In this document: piece by piece, positions 19,879 through 29,580 of the stretch
Layout of the letters: each line of letters begins with the position of its first letter
Position numbering within the stretch: position 1 is the first letter of the stretch
Source: Patescibacteria group bacterium
GTDB lineage: Bacteria > Patescibacteriota > Patescibacteriia > Magasanikbacterales > GWA2-37-8
Direction: 5' to 3'
Length of the DNA: 64,000 nucleotides
Assembly: GCA_041649475.1 (NCBI GenBank)
Contig: JBAZNA010000001.1
Span: forward strand, 197,022-261,021
The notes under the pieces: model-generated
What the model was told of the DNA's origin: nothing
Database searches by the model: none
The model's input: only the letters and a program-made list of their open reading frames with translations
Translations under genes and position numbers: made by a program

Positions 19879-21693
19879 ATGAAAACATTTAAAATGTTTT
19901 CTGGAGTTGTAGGAATTTTTTTATTTATTCTTCTCGGTCTGGCCGGACCAAACACCGCGTATGCGGCAATAGCAACGTCTCCCAATCTTGGAGATGCAGC
20001 TAGTTTTTCAGTTTTGGCCGGTTTATCAATGAGCGCCGCCGGCGCCGGCACTACAATTTCCGGTGATTTGGGCCTAAGCCCAGGTCTTGAGACCTCAAAA
20101 ACCGGGCCTTGGACAGTGGGGGGATCACAATATTTTGGTACAACTGGTTTGTCCGCGACTGCTCAAGGGGCTGCTTTAATTGCTTATGGTAACCTGGCAG
20201 GTCAAACAACCAGCGGGGTGTGGGGTACAACCCCATGGACTCCGGTGCCGGGTGTGTGGACTTCAGCCAGTGATAAAACGTTTACCGGAACGATCTATCT
20301 TAACGGCACTTACGATGATGTTTGGGTTTTTCAGGTTGGGGGTGACTTTACGTTCAGTGGTTCAATTGTTTTGCAAGGCAATGCCCAGGCCTGTCATGTG
20401 TTTTGGCAGGTTGGCAGCAGTGCGACCATCGGTTCAGACAGTACTTTTGTCGGAACACTCATTGCGCAAACTTCTGTCACGCTGGTCTCTGGTGCAACTG
20501 TTAATGGCAGAATTATAGCTCTCAATGGTTCTTTAACAACAGACGGAAATAATATTTCCGGACCAACATGTGCGACTGCGCCTGTAGTTGCAACACCCGT
20601 ATCCGGTGGCCAGCGTTATGGAACGATTAGTGTTGTTAAAACAGTCATCAACGACAATGGCGGAACCAAGACCGTTGCTGATTTTCCACTGTTCGTTAAT
20701 GGCACAGCCGTTGTTTCTGGTCAGACCAACGTTTTCCCCGCGCCTGCCGGTGTGTATTCTATTACCGAAACCTCTGATCCTAATTACACCCAGACATTTT
20801 CCGGTGATTGCAACTCCACCGGGCATCTGGATCTTAATGTTGGCAATACCGCGGTCTGTATAATTACAAATGATGACATTGGCGCGCCGGTAGTTGTTCC
20901 GCCCGTACCACCACTCATTGATGTGATAAAAGTACCGGATCCTTTGGCTTTGCCGGCTGGTCCAGGTCCGGTGGCATACACCTACACGCTCCGTAATATT
21001 GGAACGGTTCCAGTAACCGACCTAACGATGGTTGGCGATACTTGTAGTCCAATAAATCTTATTTCCGGCGACACAAATGGCGATTCAAAGCTTGATATGG
21101 ATGAAACTTGGGTATACCGCTGTTCAACAACGCTTTCAGAAACTCACACCAACACCGTTGTCGCGACCGGATGGGCCAATGGCATCAGTGCGGTTGATAT
21201 CGCGCATGCTACGGTCGTTGTCGGCGCACCAATAATTCCACCTTTGATTCACATTACAAAAATTCCTAATCCGTTAACACTCTTGGCCGGAGGGGGAATG
21301 GTTACCTATACTAAACAAGTAACCAACCCGGGAACGGTTGCGTTAAGCAACGTCCGTGTTACTGATGATAAATGCAGTTCGGTGGTATATATTTCCGGCG
21401 ACACAAATAGCGATTCAAAGCTTGATCCAACCGAGACATGGACATATACCTGTCGGACCAGAATAACCAAAACTACGACTAACACCGCCGTGGTAACCGG
21501 TGAAGCCAATGGTCTGACTGTGAGAGATTTTGCAGTCGCCACTGTCGTTGTGACCGCGGTTGCTCCGAAATTACCAAATACCGGGGTTGCTTCCAGTGAA
21601 AATCATATTCCCTGGAATAGTATCATACTGGTTGGTGTCCTTATATTAATTTCAACTTCAACAATTGTCGTTCTAAAGAAACGCAGAATTTAA
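19879..21693 (+). CDS. LPXTG-anchored surface protein: signal peptide, ice-binding-like (DUF3494) domain, Cna-B-like domain, two DUF11 repeats, LPNTG anchor
   Basis: N-terminus AIATSPNLGDAASFSVLAGLSMSAAGAGTTISGDLGLSPG is DUF3494-like. Two about 120-aa tandem repeats (...ISGDTN[GS]DSKLD..ETW.Y.C.T...T.TNT.VVTG.ANG...). C-terminus LPNTG plus TM helix plus KKRRI. Confidence 0.75.
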   Translation: MKTFKMFSGVVGIFLFILLGLAGPNTAYAAIATSPNLGDAASFSVLAGLSMSAAGAGTTISGDLGLSPGLETSKTGPWTVGGSQYFGTTGLSATAQGAALIAYGNLAGQTTSGVWGTTPWTPVPGVWTSASDKTFTGTIYLNGTYDDVWVFQVGGDFTFSGSIVLQGNAQACHVFWQVGSSATIGSDSTFVGTLIAQTSVTLVSGATVNGRIIALNGSLTTDGNNISGPTCATAPVVATPVSGGQRYGTISVVKTVINDNGGTKTVADFPLFVNGTAVVSGQTNVFPAPAGVYSITETSDPNYTQTFSGDCNSTGHLDLNVGNTAVCIITNDDIGAPVVVPPVPPLIDVIKVPDPLALPAGPGPVAYTYTLRNIGTVPVTDLTMVGDTCSPINLISGDTNGDSKLDMDETWVYRCSTTLSETHTNTVVATGWANGISAVDIAHATVVVGAPIIPPLIHITKIPNPLTLLAGGGMVTYTKQVTNPGTVALSNVRVTDDKCSSVVYISGDTNSDSKLDPTETWTYTCRTRITKTTTNTAVVTGEANGLTVRDFAVATVVVTAVAPKLPNTGVASSENHIPWNSIILVGVLILISTSTIVVLKKRRI

Positions 21694-21696
21694 GTT

Positions 21697-22359
21697 ATGC
21701 GTTCCGTAAGAAAATCTAGGCGATCCAAAAGTAAAAGTCCGTCAAAACGGTCCTTGTTTATCGTCAGTATTGTGGGGGTTGCATTTTTTCCGGCAACCAT
21801 TCTTTTTCCGACCCTACTTCCCGTTAGTCAAATTTCACAAATTAATCAAATCCCGCTAGGTGTAGTTGGAAATAAGTTAGCCGACGCCATCGTTTTACCG
21901 GAACAAATAAGTCCGGGAATTCCGATTCATCTCAAAATTCCGAAAATCCAGGTTGATACTGTTCTTGAACAAGTGGGCCTCCTGCCCAACGGAACAGTGG
22001 GTGTGCCGAAAGGCCCTGCTGCCGCCGGGTGGTTCAATCTTGGACCGCATCCCGGAGATATTGGCAGCGCAGTTATTGCCGGCCATTATGGTCGCTGGCA
22101 AAATGGTGCAAATTCAGTATTTAATAATTTAAATAAGTTGAGGAAAGGTGATAATTTATTCGTTGTTGATGAAAATGGAGCGACCACTACTTTTGTGGTA
22201 CGTGAAAGCCGAAAGTATGACCCGAACGCTGATGCTTCAGCTGTGTTTAGCTCCAATGACGACAAGTCACATCTTAACCTCATTACTTGTGAAGGAAGTT
22301 GGAATAAAGCTGCCAAAAGTTATTCCGGCCGGTTAGTAGTATTTGCAGATAGGCAGTAG
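21697..22359 (+). CDS. sortase
   Basis: Catalytic motif LNLITCEG (TLxTC) and a conserved His earlier (VIAGHYG). The start is 4 nt after its LPXTG substrate gene. Confidence 0.75.
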   Translation: MRSVRKSRRSKSKSPSKRSLFIVSIVGVAFFPATILFPTLLPVSQISQINQIPLGVVGNKLADAIVLPEQISPGIPIHLKIPKIQVDTVLEQVGLLPNGTVGVPKGPAAAGWFNLGPHPGDIGSAVIAGHYGRWQNGANSVFNNLNKLRKGDNLFVVDENGATTTFVVRESRKYDPNADASAVFSSNDDKSHLNLITCEGSWNKAAKSYSGRLVVFADRQ

Positions 22360-22368
22360 AGCTAAAGT

Positions 22369-23586
22369 ATGATTAAAAAAATTATCATTGGTTTGCTATC
22401 ATTAGCTGCGATTGGGGTTTTTGTATTCGCCGCGGTTTTTTATTATCAAAATCTGCAGGGAAACAGCGCCCCGGAGAGCAATACTATCAGTAGTGCAGCC
22501 GCAGTCGCTACCATTACCACATCGGATCCACCAAACAATCTGGGTCTTTCCCTGCCTGCCGGCATGTCGGTTAAAGTATTCGCGGAAAAGTTAAATAATC
22601 CCCGCGTCTTAAAATTAGACCCCAAAGGCAATTTAGTAGTCAGCGAATTTGCCGGCGGCCGCATAACCGTTTTAATTGATAAAAATGGTGATGGCAAAGT
22701 TGATAGCCAAAAAGTAATTTTGAAAAATTTGAACCAGCCGCATGGTTTTGAATTTTATTGTCTTAAGGGAAAATGTAAATTATACGTAGCCGAAAATGAC
22801 GCGGTTTCTGTGTATGATTACAATTCCAGCACCTTAACCGCCTCCAACCGCAAAAAAATCATTGATTTGCCTGCCGGCGGCGTACATGTGACGCGGACAT
22901 TATTAATTAAAGACAATAAATTATATATAGCCATTGGTTCCAGCTGTAATGTTTGTCATGAAAGCGATAACCACCGTGCCAAGGTTTTGGTCTCTAATTT
23001 GGATGGTTCGGGTTTAAAGGATTTCGCAACCGGCCTGCGCAATTCGGTGTTTATGGTCACCAATCCTCAAACCGGAGAAATCTGGGCCACGGAAAATGGA
23101 CGCGATTTGTTGGGTGATAATATTCCGCCTGATGAAATTAATATCTTGAAGCAAGGAAAAAATTACGGCTGGCCGATTTGTTATGGAAAAAATATTCATG
23201 ATACCGAGTTTGATAAAAATACTTATATCCGTAATCCCTGCATGGAGCCGTTTGAAACCCCAAGTTATATAAACATCCAGGCCCACAGCGCGCCTTTGGG
23301 GTTGGCTTTTGTGCCTAAAGACGGCTGGCCGCAAGCGTGGCAGGGGAGTTTGTTTGTGGCTTTTCACGGTTCCTGGAACCGTACTGTGCCCACGGGTTAT
23401 AAAATTGTCCGGTTTGATTTTAAAAGTAATGGCACGGCCGTGCAGACCGATTTTATTACTGGTTGGCTGAAGGGGGGCACTGCCTGGGGCCGGCCAGTTG
23501 ATATTTTGACCTTACCCGGTGGCATCATGTATGTGTCCGATGATACATCCAATGTGGTTTACCGGTTTACATATAAAATGTTATAA
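22369..23586 (+). CDS. PQQ-dependent sugar dehydrogenase-like protein (soluble glucose/sorbosone dehydrogenase beta-propeller family)
   Basis: GRDLLGDNIPPDEINILKQGKNYGWPICYG motif, an N-terminal TM/signal segment, 405 aa. Confidence 0.6.
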   Translation: MIKKIIIGLLSLAAIGVFVFAAVFYYQNLQGNSAPESNTISSAAAVATITTSDPPNNLGLSLPAGMSVKVFAEKLNNPRVLKLDPKGNLVVSEFAGGRITVLIDKNGDGKVDSQKVILKNLNQPHGFEFYCLKGKCKLYVAENDAVSVYDYNSSTLTASNRKKIIDLPAGGVHVTRTLLIKDNKLYIAIGSSCNVCHESDNHRAKVLVSNLDGSGLKDFATGLRNSVFMVTNPQTGEIWATENGRDLLGDNIPPDEINILKQGKNYGWPICYGKNIHDTEFDKNTYIRNPCMEPFETPSYINIQAHSAPLGLAFVPKDGWPQAWQGSLFVAFHGSWNRTVPTGYKIVRFDFKSNGTAVQTDFITGWLKGGTAWGRPVDILTLPGGIMYVSDDTSNVVYRFTYKML

Positions 23587-23613
23587 TCTAACTAATAAAC
23601 GCCTGCAGAAGTT

Positions 23614-24366
23614 ATGAAGAAATACATAGCAATCGTATCGGTTTTGGTAGTAGCCTGTTTGGGCCTGTATCTTAATCGGGCCTATCGTCATATTTCTGTG
23701 TCTATTGGTGAAAAAAATTTAGCGAATCCGACTGTTCATCAAACCATCGTTTTACCGCCGGCCACAACCACATCAACCGCCAAAATAGTTTATGCGGCGC
23801 TGGGAGACAGCTTAACCGTCGGCGTTGGCGCGACTGCAGAGCAAAAAACATACCCATATCTTGTAGCCAAACTTTTGGCACAGGAAAAAAATATTCAAGT
23901 GACAGTTGCCAATTTAGGCATACCCGGAGCCACCAGCGCCGATGTTTTAAATCAGCAGGTGCCGCAAGCAGCAAAGCTTCACCCGGATATGGTTATATTG
24001 GCCGTTGGTATTAATGATATGTTAAACAGAGTGCCGACAGATGTGTTTGAAAAAAATATGGTTTCCATTGTTAACGGCTTGGCCGGCGCCGCTACACATA
24101 TAACTGTTATCAATATCCCGTATCTCGGGGGTAGCCAGGCATATTGGCCGCCATACAGATGCTATTTTGATTGGCAAACTAGACGTTATAATAATTTTTT
24201 AAACAAGGCGCTCGCCAATAAAAATGTTGCAGTTATTGATTTATATACCCTGACGCACGAGCAAGCGTTTAATGATAAAAATTACTATTCAGTTGACGGT
24301 TTTCATCCGTCAGATGAAGGATATCAATTTTGGAGCAATATAATTTATGGCAATCTTAATTACTGA
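23614..24366 (+). CDS. SGNH/GDSL hydrolase
   Basis: GDSL motif YAALGDSLTVG, GxND block (VGINDM), and a C-terminal DGFHP (catalytic Asp/His). Confidence 0.7.
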   Translation: MKKYIAIVSVLVVACLGLYLNRAYRHISVSIGEKNLANPTVHQTIVLPPATTTSTAKIVYAALGDSLTVGVGATAEQKTYPYLVAKLLAQEKNIQVTVANLGIPGATSADVLNQQVPQAAKLHPDMVILAVGINDMLNRVPTDVFEKNMVSIVNGLAGAATHITVINIPYLGGSQAYWPPYRCYFDWQTRRYNNFLNKALANKNVAVIDLYTLTHEQAFNDKNYYSVDGFHPSDEGYQFWSNIIYGNLNY

Positions 24367-25447
24367 TGCTTTAAGACAAAATTGGGTGGTGATAACGGGG
24401 CTACTATTGGCGCTAGTGGTATCAATACGCCGCACTAAAGACGACTCTTTTTTTCCACCGCAAACCACCACCGAACTCAAAGGTTTGGCGATTTTAATGG
24501 TGGTTTTTTCTCATATTGGTTATTTTTTAGTCAGCGATCGCCAGTTTTTAGTGCCGCTCTCCAATTATGCCGGCGTGGGGGTGGATTTATTTTTGGTATT
24601 GTCCGGTTATGGTTTGGTGGTTTCGGCCTTGAAAAAACCATTATCAATCGGTCAATTCTACTCTAAACGTTTGCGCCGTATTTATATACCCGTGGCCGTG
24701 ACCGTGGCGCTTTTTGTTCTGCTTGATTTCTTTTTTCTGCACCTAACCTATCCTTTAAAAACCGTTATAGAAAATTTATTGGGATTTTTTCCGCGCGCGG
24801 ATTTATATCAGGATATTAATTCGCCTTTGTGGTATATCACACCGCTTCTGGCGTATTACCTTCTTTTTCCGCTGATTTTTTGGAAGCGCTTTCCGGCGGT
24901 GTCTGCCATTGGTATGGCTTTAGTCGGGTGGCTGTTTATAAAATACTCTCCCCAATTTCATATTGTTTCCGTGGATATGATAAAGCTGTATAAACTTCAC
25001 TTTCTGTCATTTCCACTGGGCGTAGCTTTGGGGGCGTTAAGTCCGATGTTAAGCCGTCTGCGTCTGTCGGCCGTTTGGCGCTGGCTGATAATTATTTTAT
25101 CTTTGGGCGTGTTTGCCTATACCTATTCTCATTCGTTTGTGACTGATAGTGTGTTAAGAGATGCAGTCGCCAGTTTGATGACGGTGATGGCTGTCATAGC
25201 CCTGTTTGTTTATAAAAAGATCAATTTTAAAATCCTCGCCCTGTTAGGCGTGTTTTCTTTTGAAATATATTTATTGCACTGGCCGCTTCTCTATCGCTAT
25301 AATTTTTTATACGGCAAAATTCCGGCCGGCTTGGCCACGCTTATTTATCTCGCCTTGTTTTTGGGACTGGGATTTTTATACCAAAAATTACTCTCCTTGT
25401 TCTATCCCGTTAGGCGTCAGCCGGATGTTTCCGGTAAGTCCGTTTGA
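24347..25447 (+). CDS. acyltransferase family 3 membrane protein (OatA-like O-acyltransferase domain)
   Basis: 366 aa, about 10 TM helices, with N-terminal ...LKGLAILMVVFSHIGYF... typical of acyltransferase_3. Confidence 0.7.
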   Translation: MAILITDALRQNWVVITGLLLALVVSIRRTKDDSFFPPQTTTELKGLAILMVVFSHIGYFLVSDRQFLVPLSNYAGVGVDLFLVLSGYGLVVSALKKPLSIGQFYSKRLRRIYIPVAVTVALFVLLDFFFLHLTYPLKTVIENLLGFFPRADLYQDINSPLWYITPLLAYYLLFPLIFWKRFPAVSAIGMALVGWLFIKYSPQFHIVSVDMIKLYKLHFLSFPLGVALGALSPMLSRLRLSAVWRWLIIILSLGVFAYTYSHSFVTDSVLRDAVASLMTVMAVIALFVYKKINFKILALLGVFSFEIYLLHWPLLYRYNFLYGKIPAGLATLIYLALFLGLGFLYQKLLSLFYPVRRQPDVSGKSV

Positions 25448-25822
25448 AGTGCCTTCTAAAGTGGCGGTAATGGTGTAATAATTTGTGCCGCTGGTTGAAC
25501 TGTAAATATAATTTCCGGACTGCGGATCTTTCGGAACTTTTCCCATATAAGCGCCGACACAGCCGGTGGCTTGCCAGCCGTCGGAGTTGAGGCAGGCCGT
25601 ATCAGTGTTTCCTAAAGCTACGTCATCGCCAATCGGGTAATGGTTTTCGTCGTTATTATAAAGTTCCAGGGCCGTGCCAATTTGTCTAAGATCGGCCAGC
25701 CGCTTGGTGTCTCGCGACGCGGATTTGGCCGTGCCGTAGACCACAATCACAATTGTTGCCAGTAGTCCGATAATAGCGATCACAATCAGTAATTCTATTA
25801 AAGTGAAACCTTTTTTGGACAT
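25388..25822 (-). CDS. type IV pilin / pseudopilin (prepilin-type N-terminal cleavage/methylation domain)
   Basis: MSKKGFTLIELLIVIAIIGLLATIV class-III signal. The ORF track starts it at 26044, but that extension runs into cassette d and the start is reassigned to the internal Met. Confidence 0.7.
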   Translation of the reverse strand: MSKKGFTLIELLIVIAIIGLLATIVIVVYGTAKSASRDTKRLADLRQIGTALELYNNDENHYPIGDDVALGNTDTACLNSDGWQATGCVGAYMGKVPKDPQSGNYIYSSTSGTNYYTITATLEGTSNGLTGNIRLTPNGIEQGE

Positions 25823-25928
25823 AAATGATTTTAGTTTTTTAAATTCGGTTGAATACATTATAACATAAAAAAAGAGGCAATTCCACCGGCGGCAGAACTG
25901 CCTTGAAACCTTCTTCTGGTCTTCCTCC

Positions 25929-26282
25929 TTAGGTGTCAACCGTCTCCACCGGAGGGTTGGGCACTGTTGGCCCCCAGAGAGGGACGAATTCCGTGCTCTG
26001 GAAGTTCTTGCGACACAACTCTTCAAGACCAGGGGTATCGCCATCGTAGATGACCCGGGAGGCCGTAATCACGGCCCGATCCTGCTTGGACCCGAACCCC
26101 ATCTGGGCGGCCAAGTTGTAGGCGTTCCTAGCCGAAGGGGCTTCACCGTTTTTTTGCACTTCCGCGCGAATTGCGTCAGCAAAACGCTTGGTGAGATTGC
26201 CGCCGCGGCCAACCACAACTTTCATCAAAACCACGTCGCCTCGGAAAACGATGACCATTCCCGGAACAGCAGTCGTGGACAT
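25929..26282 (-). CDS. hypothetical protein, compositionally foreign (G+C-rich cassette d)
   Basis: 117 aa (MSTTAVPGMVIVFRGDVV...). AAGGAGG RBS with 7-nt spacer, TTGACA-N17-TAAAAT promoter at 26319..26347 (minus strand), and a hairpin plus T-run downstream. Confidence 0.5.
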   Translation of the reverse strand: MSTTAVPGMVIVFRGDVVLMKVVVGRGGNLTKRFADAIRAEVQKNGEAPSARNAYNLAAQMGFGSKQDRAVITASRVIYDGDTPGLEELCRKNFQSTEFVPLWGPTVPNPPVETVDT

Positions 26283-26318
26283 GGAGAATCCTCCTTATCG
26301 CAAACAAAGCGATGTTCA

Positions 26319-26347
26319 ATTTTAACATGGGAATTTGCCAGTGTCAA
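26319..26347 (-). promoter_or_regulatory. sigma70-like promoter TTGACA-N17-TAAAAT for cassette d
   Basis: Read on the minus strand; lies between the HU terminator hairpin (about 26365..26395) and the cassette RBS. Confidence 0.45.
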
Positions 26348-26407
26348 GATTCGTAAATAACAAAAAATCCCCTTCGCAGGGGACTTTTGTTTTTGAAATG
26401 TTAGCTA

Positions 26408-26683
26408 TTATTTCAAAGCATCCTTTAAGGCCTTACCAGCTTTGAATTTTGGTACGGTCACGGCTGGGATTTGGATCTTTTGAGAAGGATTTTGTGGGTT
26501 CACACCCTGGCGGGCAGCGCGCTTTTTAGCGCTGAAAGCGCCAAAACCTGTCAAAACAACCTCTTCGCCTTTCTTTAACATGTCAGTAATTACCTCTACC
26601 ATTGAGTTTAGAGTATCTTCTGTCTGTCTCTTTGGTAAATTTAATTTTTCGGCTATAGCTTGAGCTAAATCTGCTTTATTCAT
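26408..26683 (-). CDS. hup: DNA-binding protein HU
   Basis: 91 aa: MNKADLAQAIAEKLNLPKRQTE...GFGAFSAKKRAARQGVNPQ... with the HU arm motif. Confidence 0.85.
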   Translation of the reverse strand: MNKADLAQAIAEKLNLPKRQTEDTLNSMVEVITDMLKKGEEVVLTGFGAFSAKKRAARQGVNPQNPSQKIQIPAVTVPKFKAGKALKDALK

Positions 26684-26804
26684 AGTGTCACCCCCTTTCT
26701 TTGGGAGATAAATAACATTAGTTTACGACAAGGTGTATTCTATCACATCTACACTATTTTGCCTATATTAAGCAAAACTAGTTGTCCACAGGTCAAAGAA
26801 CGCC

Positions 26805-28337
26805 TTATTTTGCGTATTCCACCACTCTGGTTTCACGAATTATGGTTACTCTGATTTCTCCAGGATACTGTAATTCTTGCTCAATTTTACGGGCAATGTC
26901 CTTGGCTAATTGGAAGGCAGAGTAATCATCAATTTCGTTTGGTTTAACGAAGATCCGTATTTCTCGTCCGGCTTGGATGGCATACACCTTTTCAATTCCC
27001 GGGAAGGAGGTGGCTGTTTTCTCCAGTTCTTCCAAGCGAGCGATGAATTGTTCATAACTGTCTTTGCGGGCGCCGATTCTGGCGCCGGAAATTGCATCCG
27101 CGGCTTTGGCAATGCTGGCAAAGATATTGAATGTTTTATCCAGGTGATGAGTCAAAGCTGTTTGGGCAATGTCTTCATCCATATTGAATTTTTTGAGGAT
27201 CATGTTGCCGATTTCCGGGTGAGAGCCCTGGGTTTCCTGATCAACTGATTTGCCGATATCATGAAAGAAGCCGCATTTTTTTGCTCTGGCGGCGTCCAGT
27301 CCAAGTTCGCTCGCAATCAAGGATGACAAATATCCCACTTCCATTGAATGGTTCAAGATGTTTTGTCCGTAACTGGTTCTGTATTTTAAGCGTCCGACAA
27401 TGCCGACCAGTTTTGGATCAATGCCGGTGATACCCATTTTATATAGGGCTTCTTCACCGGCTTTCTTTATATCAATGGCCAAATCCTGTTTGGCTTTTTC
27501 AATAAATTCTTCAATGCGGGCCGGCTGGATTCTGCCGTCGGCCATTAATTTTTCCAAAGCCAGTTTGGCAATTTGGCGTCTGATCGGGGAGAAGCCGGAA
27601 ACCATGATCGCGTCCGGAGTGTCGTCAATGATAAGTTCACAGCCGGTTAGTTTTTCAATGGTTTTAATGTTGCGGCCTTCTTTGCCGATGATGCGCCCCT
27701 TCATTTCCTCGCTGGGCAAGGACACGGTGGTTGAAGTGATTTCAGCCGCGTGCGAAGAGGCACAGCGCTGAATGGCTTCACCGATAATAGTGCGCGCCTT
27801 TTCTTCAAAGACCTCGCCGGATTCTTTTTCCAGTTTCATGATGCGGGCGGCCAAATCATTTTTACTTTCCTCTTCCACCCTAACTAAGAGTTCGGTCTTG
27901 GCTTCGTCTCTGGTCAGTCCGGCAATGCCCTGCAGTTTTTCAATTTCCTGATCGCGCATTTTTTCCAAATCCTGCTTGATTTGCTGGACTTTTTCCACTT
28001 TTTCCTGGAGTTTTTGCTGTTTGTCCTGGAATTCTAAAAGTTTCTGGTCAAACATATTTTCACGTTTTTCCAGACGCTGTTGCACGCTGTGCAATTCCTG
28101 GCGCAATTGTTTTTCTTCCCGTTTGGCTTCATCAATTATCTGCGCGCCTTTTTCTTTGGCTTGCAGGATGAATTCCTGCTGTTTGGTCTTGGCTTCGTTT
28201 AAAAGCTTTTCGGCTTTGGCTTCAATAGAGTTGGCCTGGGCCTGGGCTATTTTTTTACGTAAAATATACCCCAGCAAGAAGGCTATACCGACGCCGACCA
28301 GGGTGATGATCGCCCAGGTAAAATTAGTTAAATGCAT
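26805..28337 (-). CDS. rny: ribonuclease Y
   Basis: N-terminal TM helix, coiled coil, KH domain (GRIIGKEGRNIK), HD domain (HHDIGK...). Confidence 0.85.
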   Translation of the reverse strand: MHLTNFTWAIITLVGVGIAFLLGYILRKKIAQAQANSIEAKAEKLLNEAKTKQQEFILQAKEKGAQIIDEAKREEKQLRQELHSVQQRLEKRENMFDQKLLEFQDKQQKLQEKVEKVQQIKQDLEKMRDQEIEKLQGIAGLTRDEAKTELLVRVEEESKNDLAARIMKLEKESGEVFEEKARTIIGEAIQRCASSHAAEITSTTVSLPSEEMKGRIIGKEGRNIKTIEKLTGCELIIDDTPDAIMVSGFSPIRRQIAKLALEKLMADGRIQPARIEEFIEKAKQDLAIDIKKAGEEALYKMGITGIDPKLVGIVGRLKYRTSYGQNILNHSMEVGYLSSLIASELGLDAARAKKCGFFHDIGKSVDQETQGSHPEIGNMILKKFNMDEDIAQTALTHHLDKTFNIFASIAKAADAISGARIGARKDSYEQFIARLEELEKTATSFPGIEKVYAIQAGREIRIFVKPNEIDDYSAFQLAKDIARKIEQELQYPGEIRVTIIRETRVVEYAK

Positions 28338-28587
28338 AAAAACCTCAAGATTTTGAGGGCGTTATTCAATTGAAGAAGAGTAGCTTTAGATAAGCACAAA
28401 AACACCGGTCAAATCCATCTGATTTGCCCCGGAAAAGTGTTTGTTTAGGTGTTTATTTAGCATAAAGTTGACAATTCGGTTCGGTCTTAACTCTGCGAGT
28501 CAGCTTTCTTCTTAACTATTTAGAATAACGACTCAAAAATCAATTAATTATTTAGTGACTCTACTATAGCACTAAAGAGGTGTTTTG

Positions 28588-28797
28588 TCAATTGTTTCTG
28601 CCTTTGCCCCAGATTTTCCATTCCCAGACCCCTCTGTTTTCTTTTGGTTCTTCCGGCGAATTTTCACGTCTTTCTTCCTCAATGATAGGCATTTCCTCAT
28701 CATATATTCTTGGCCTCTCTTTTTCTCTCTCTTGCTCTTCGCGTCTCCTTATCTCTTCAATAATTAAATCATCCAGCGGACTAAGTTTTTTAGCCAT
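28588..28797 (-). CDS. small highly charged hypothetical protein
   Basis: 69 aa, E/R-rich (EEIRRREEQEREKERPRIYDEE...), immediately downstream of truB. Coding status uncertain. Confidence 0.25.
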   Translation of the reverse strand: MAKKLSPLDDLIIEEIRRREEQEREKERPRIYDEEMPIIEEERRENSPEEPKENRGVWEWKIWGKGRNN

Positions 28798-28801
28798 AAA
28801 A

Positions 28802-29440
28802 TTATGTTAAATTTATTGCGTTTTTTAAATAGTTTTCACCAATAGCCGTCCGTTCCAGTTCCTCGCAGTAAGCGCCAATGCCGAGTTTTTCGCCAATATC
28901 ATTGGCCAGGGAACGGATGTAGGTGCCTGTAGAGCATTTTACCTCAATTTTTAGAATTGGCCAAGAGTAGTCAAGCAGGTTGATTTCGTAAATTTCAATT
29001 TCGTTGGGCTGACGTTCAATTGTTTTGCCCTGTCTGGCCAGTTTATACAAACGCTGGCCGTTGATTTTTTTGGCTGAAAACATCGGCGGGGTTTGCAATT
29101 GTTTGCCGATAAAAGATTTTAAAATTGATGAGATGGTTTTTTTATCTGGAATTTTGGTTGGGTCTTTGGTTGGGTTTTGGTATTCGGAAATTTTGCCGGT
29201 CTTGTCATAAGTGTCAGAGGTTGCACCGAGTTTAATGGTGGCAATATATGTTTTCGGCAATTGTTTGAATTCATCCAATTTTTTAGTGCAGTCGCGGCCG
29301 ACGCCGACAATCAAAAGACCGGTCGCGAACGGATCAAGGGTGCCGGCATGACCAACTTTGATTTTTTTGTCGGTCCGGATATGCGCCACTACATCATGAC
29401 TGGTCCAGCCGGCGGGTTTGTTGATAAATAGAAATGGCAT
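28802..29440 (-). CDS. truB: tRNA pseudouridine(55) synthase
   Basis: GWTSHDVVAHIR...GHAGTLDPFATGLLIVGVG catalytic Asp motif. Confidence 0.85.
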   Translation of the reverse strand: MPFLFINKPAGWTSHDVVAHIRTDKKIKVGHAGTLDPFATGLLIVGVGRDCTKKLDEFKQLPKTYIATIKLGATSDTYDKTGKISEYQNPTKDPTKIPDKKTISSILKSFIGKQLQTPPMFSAKKINGQRLYKLARQGKTIERQPNEIEIYEINLLDYSWPILKIEVKCSTGTYIRSLANDIGEKLGIGAYCEELERTAIGENYLKNAINLT

Positions 29441-29580
29441 ACTATCCCTGCATTATAAACATAATTTTAAAATAAAAAAAGAGCTTCCCTGGGGAGGGAA
29501 GTTCAGTGGGGGTTGGCTCCGGTGTGATCGCCTGATGGCGAATTGGAGCACGGTAGGAAAGAGCAGGGCGGGGCGGCTGG

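Noticed and set aside
25388-26044. Pilin ORF extended to 218 aa
   Set aside because: Prepilin leaders are short. The class-III signal MSKKGFTLIE fixes the start at 25822; the extension overlaps the cassette d terminator.
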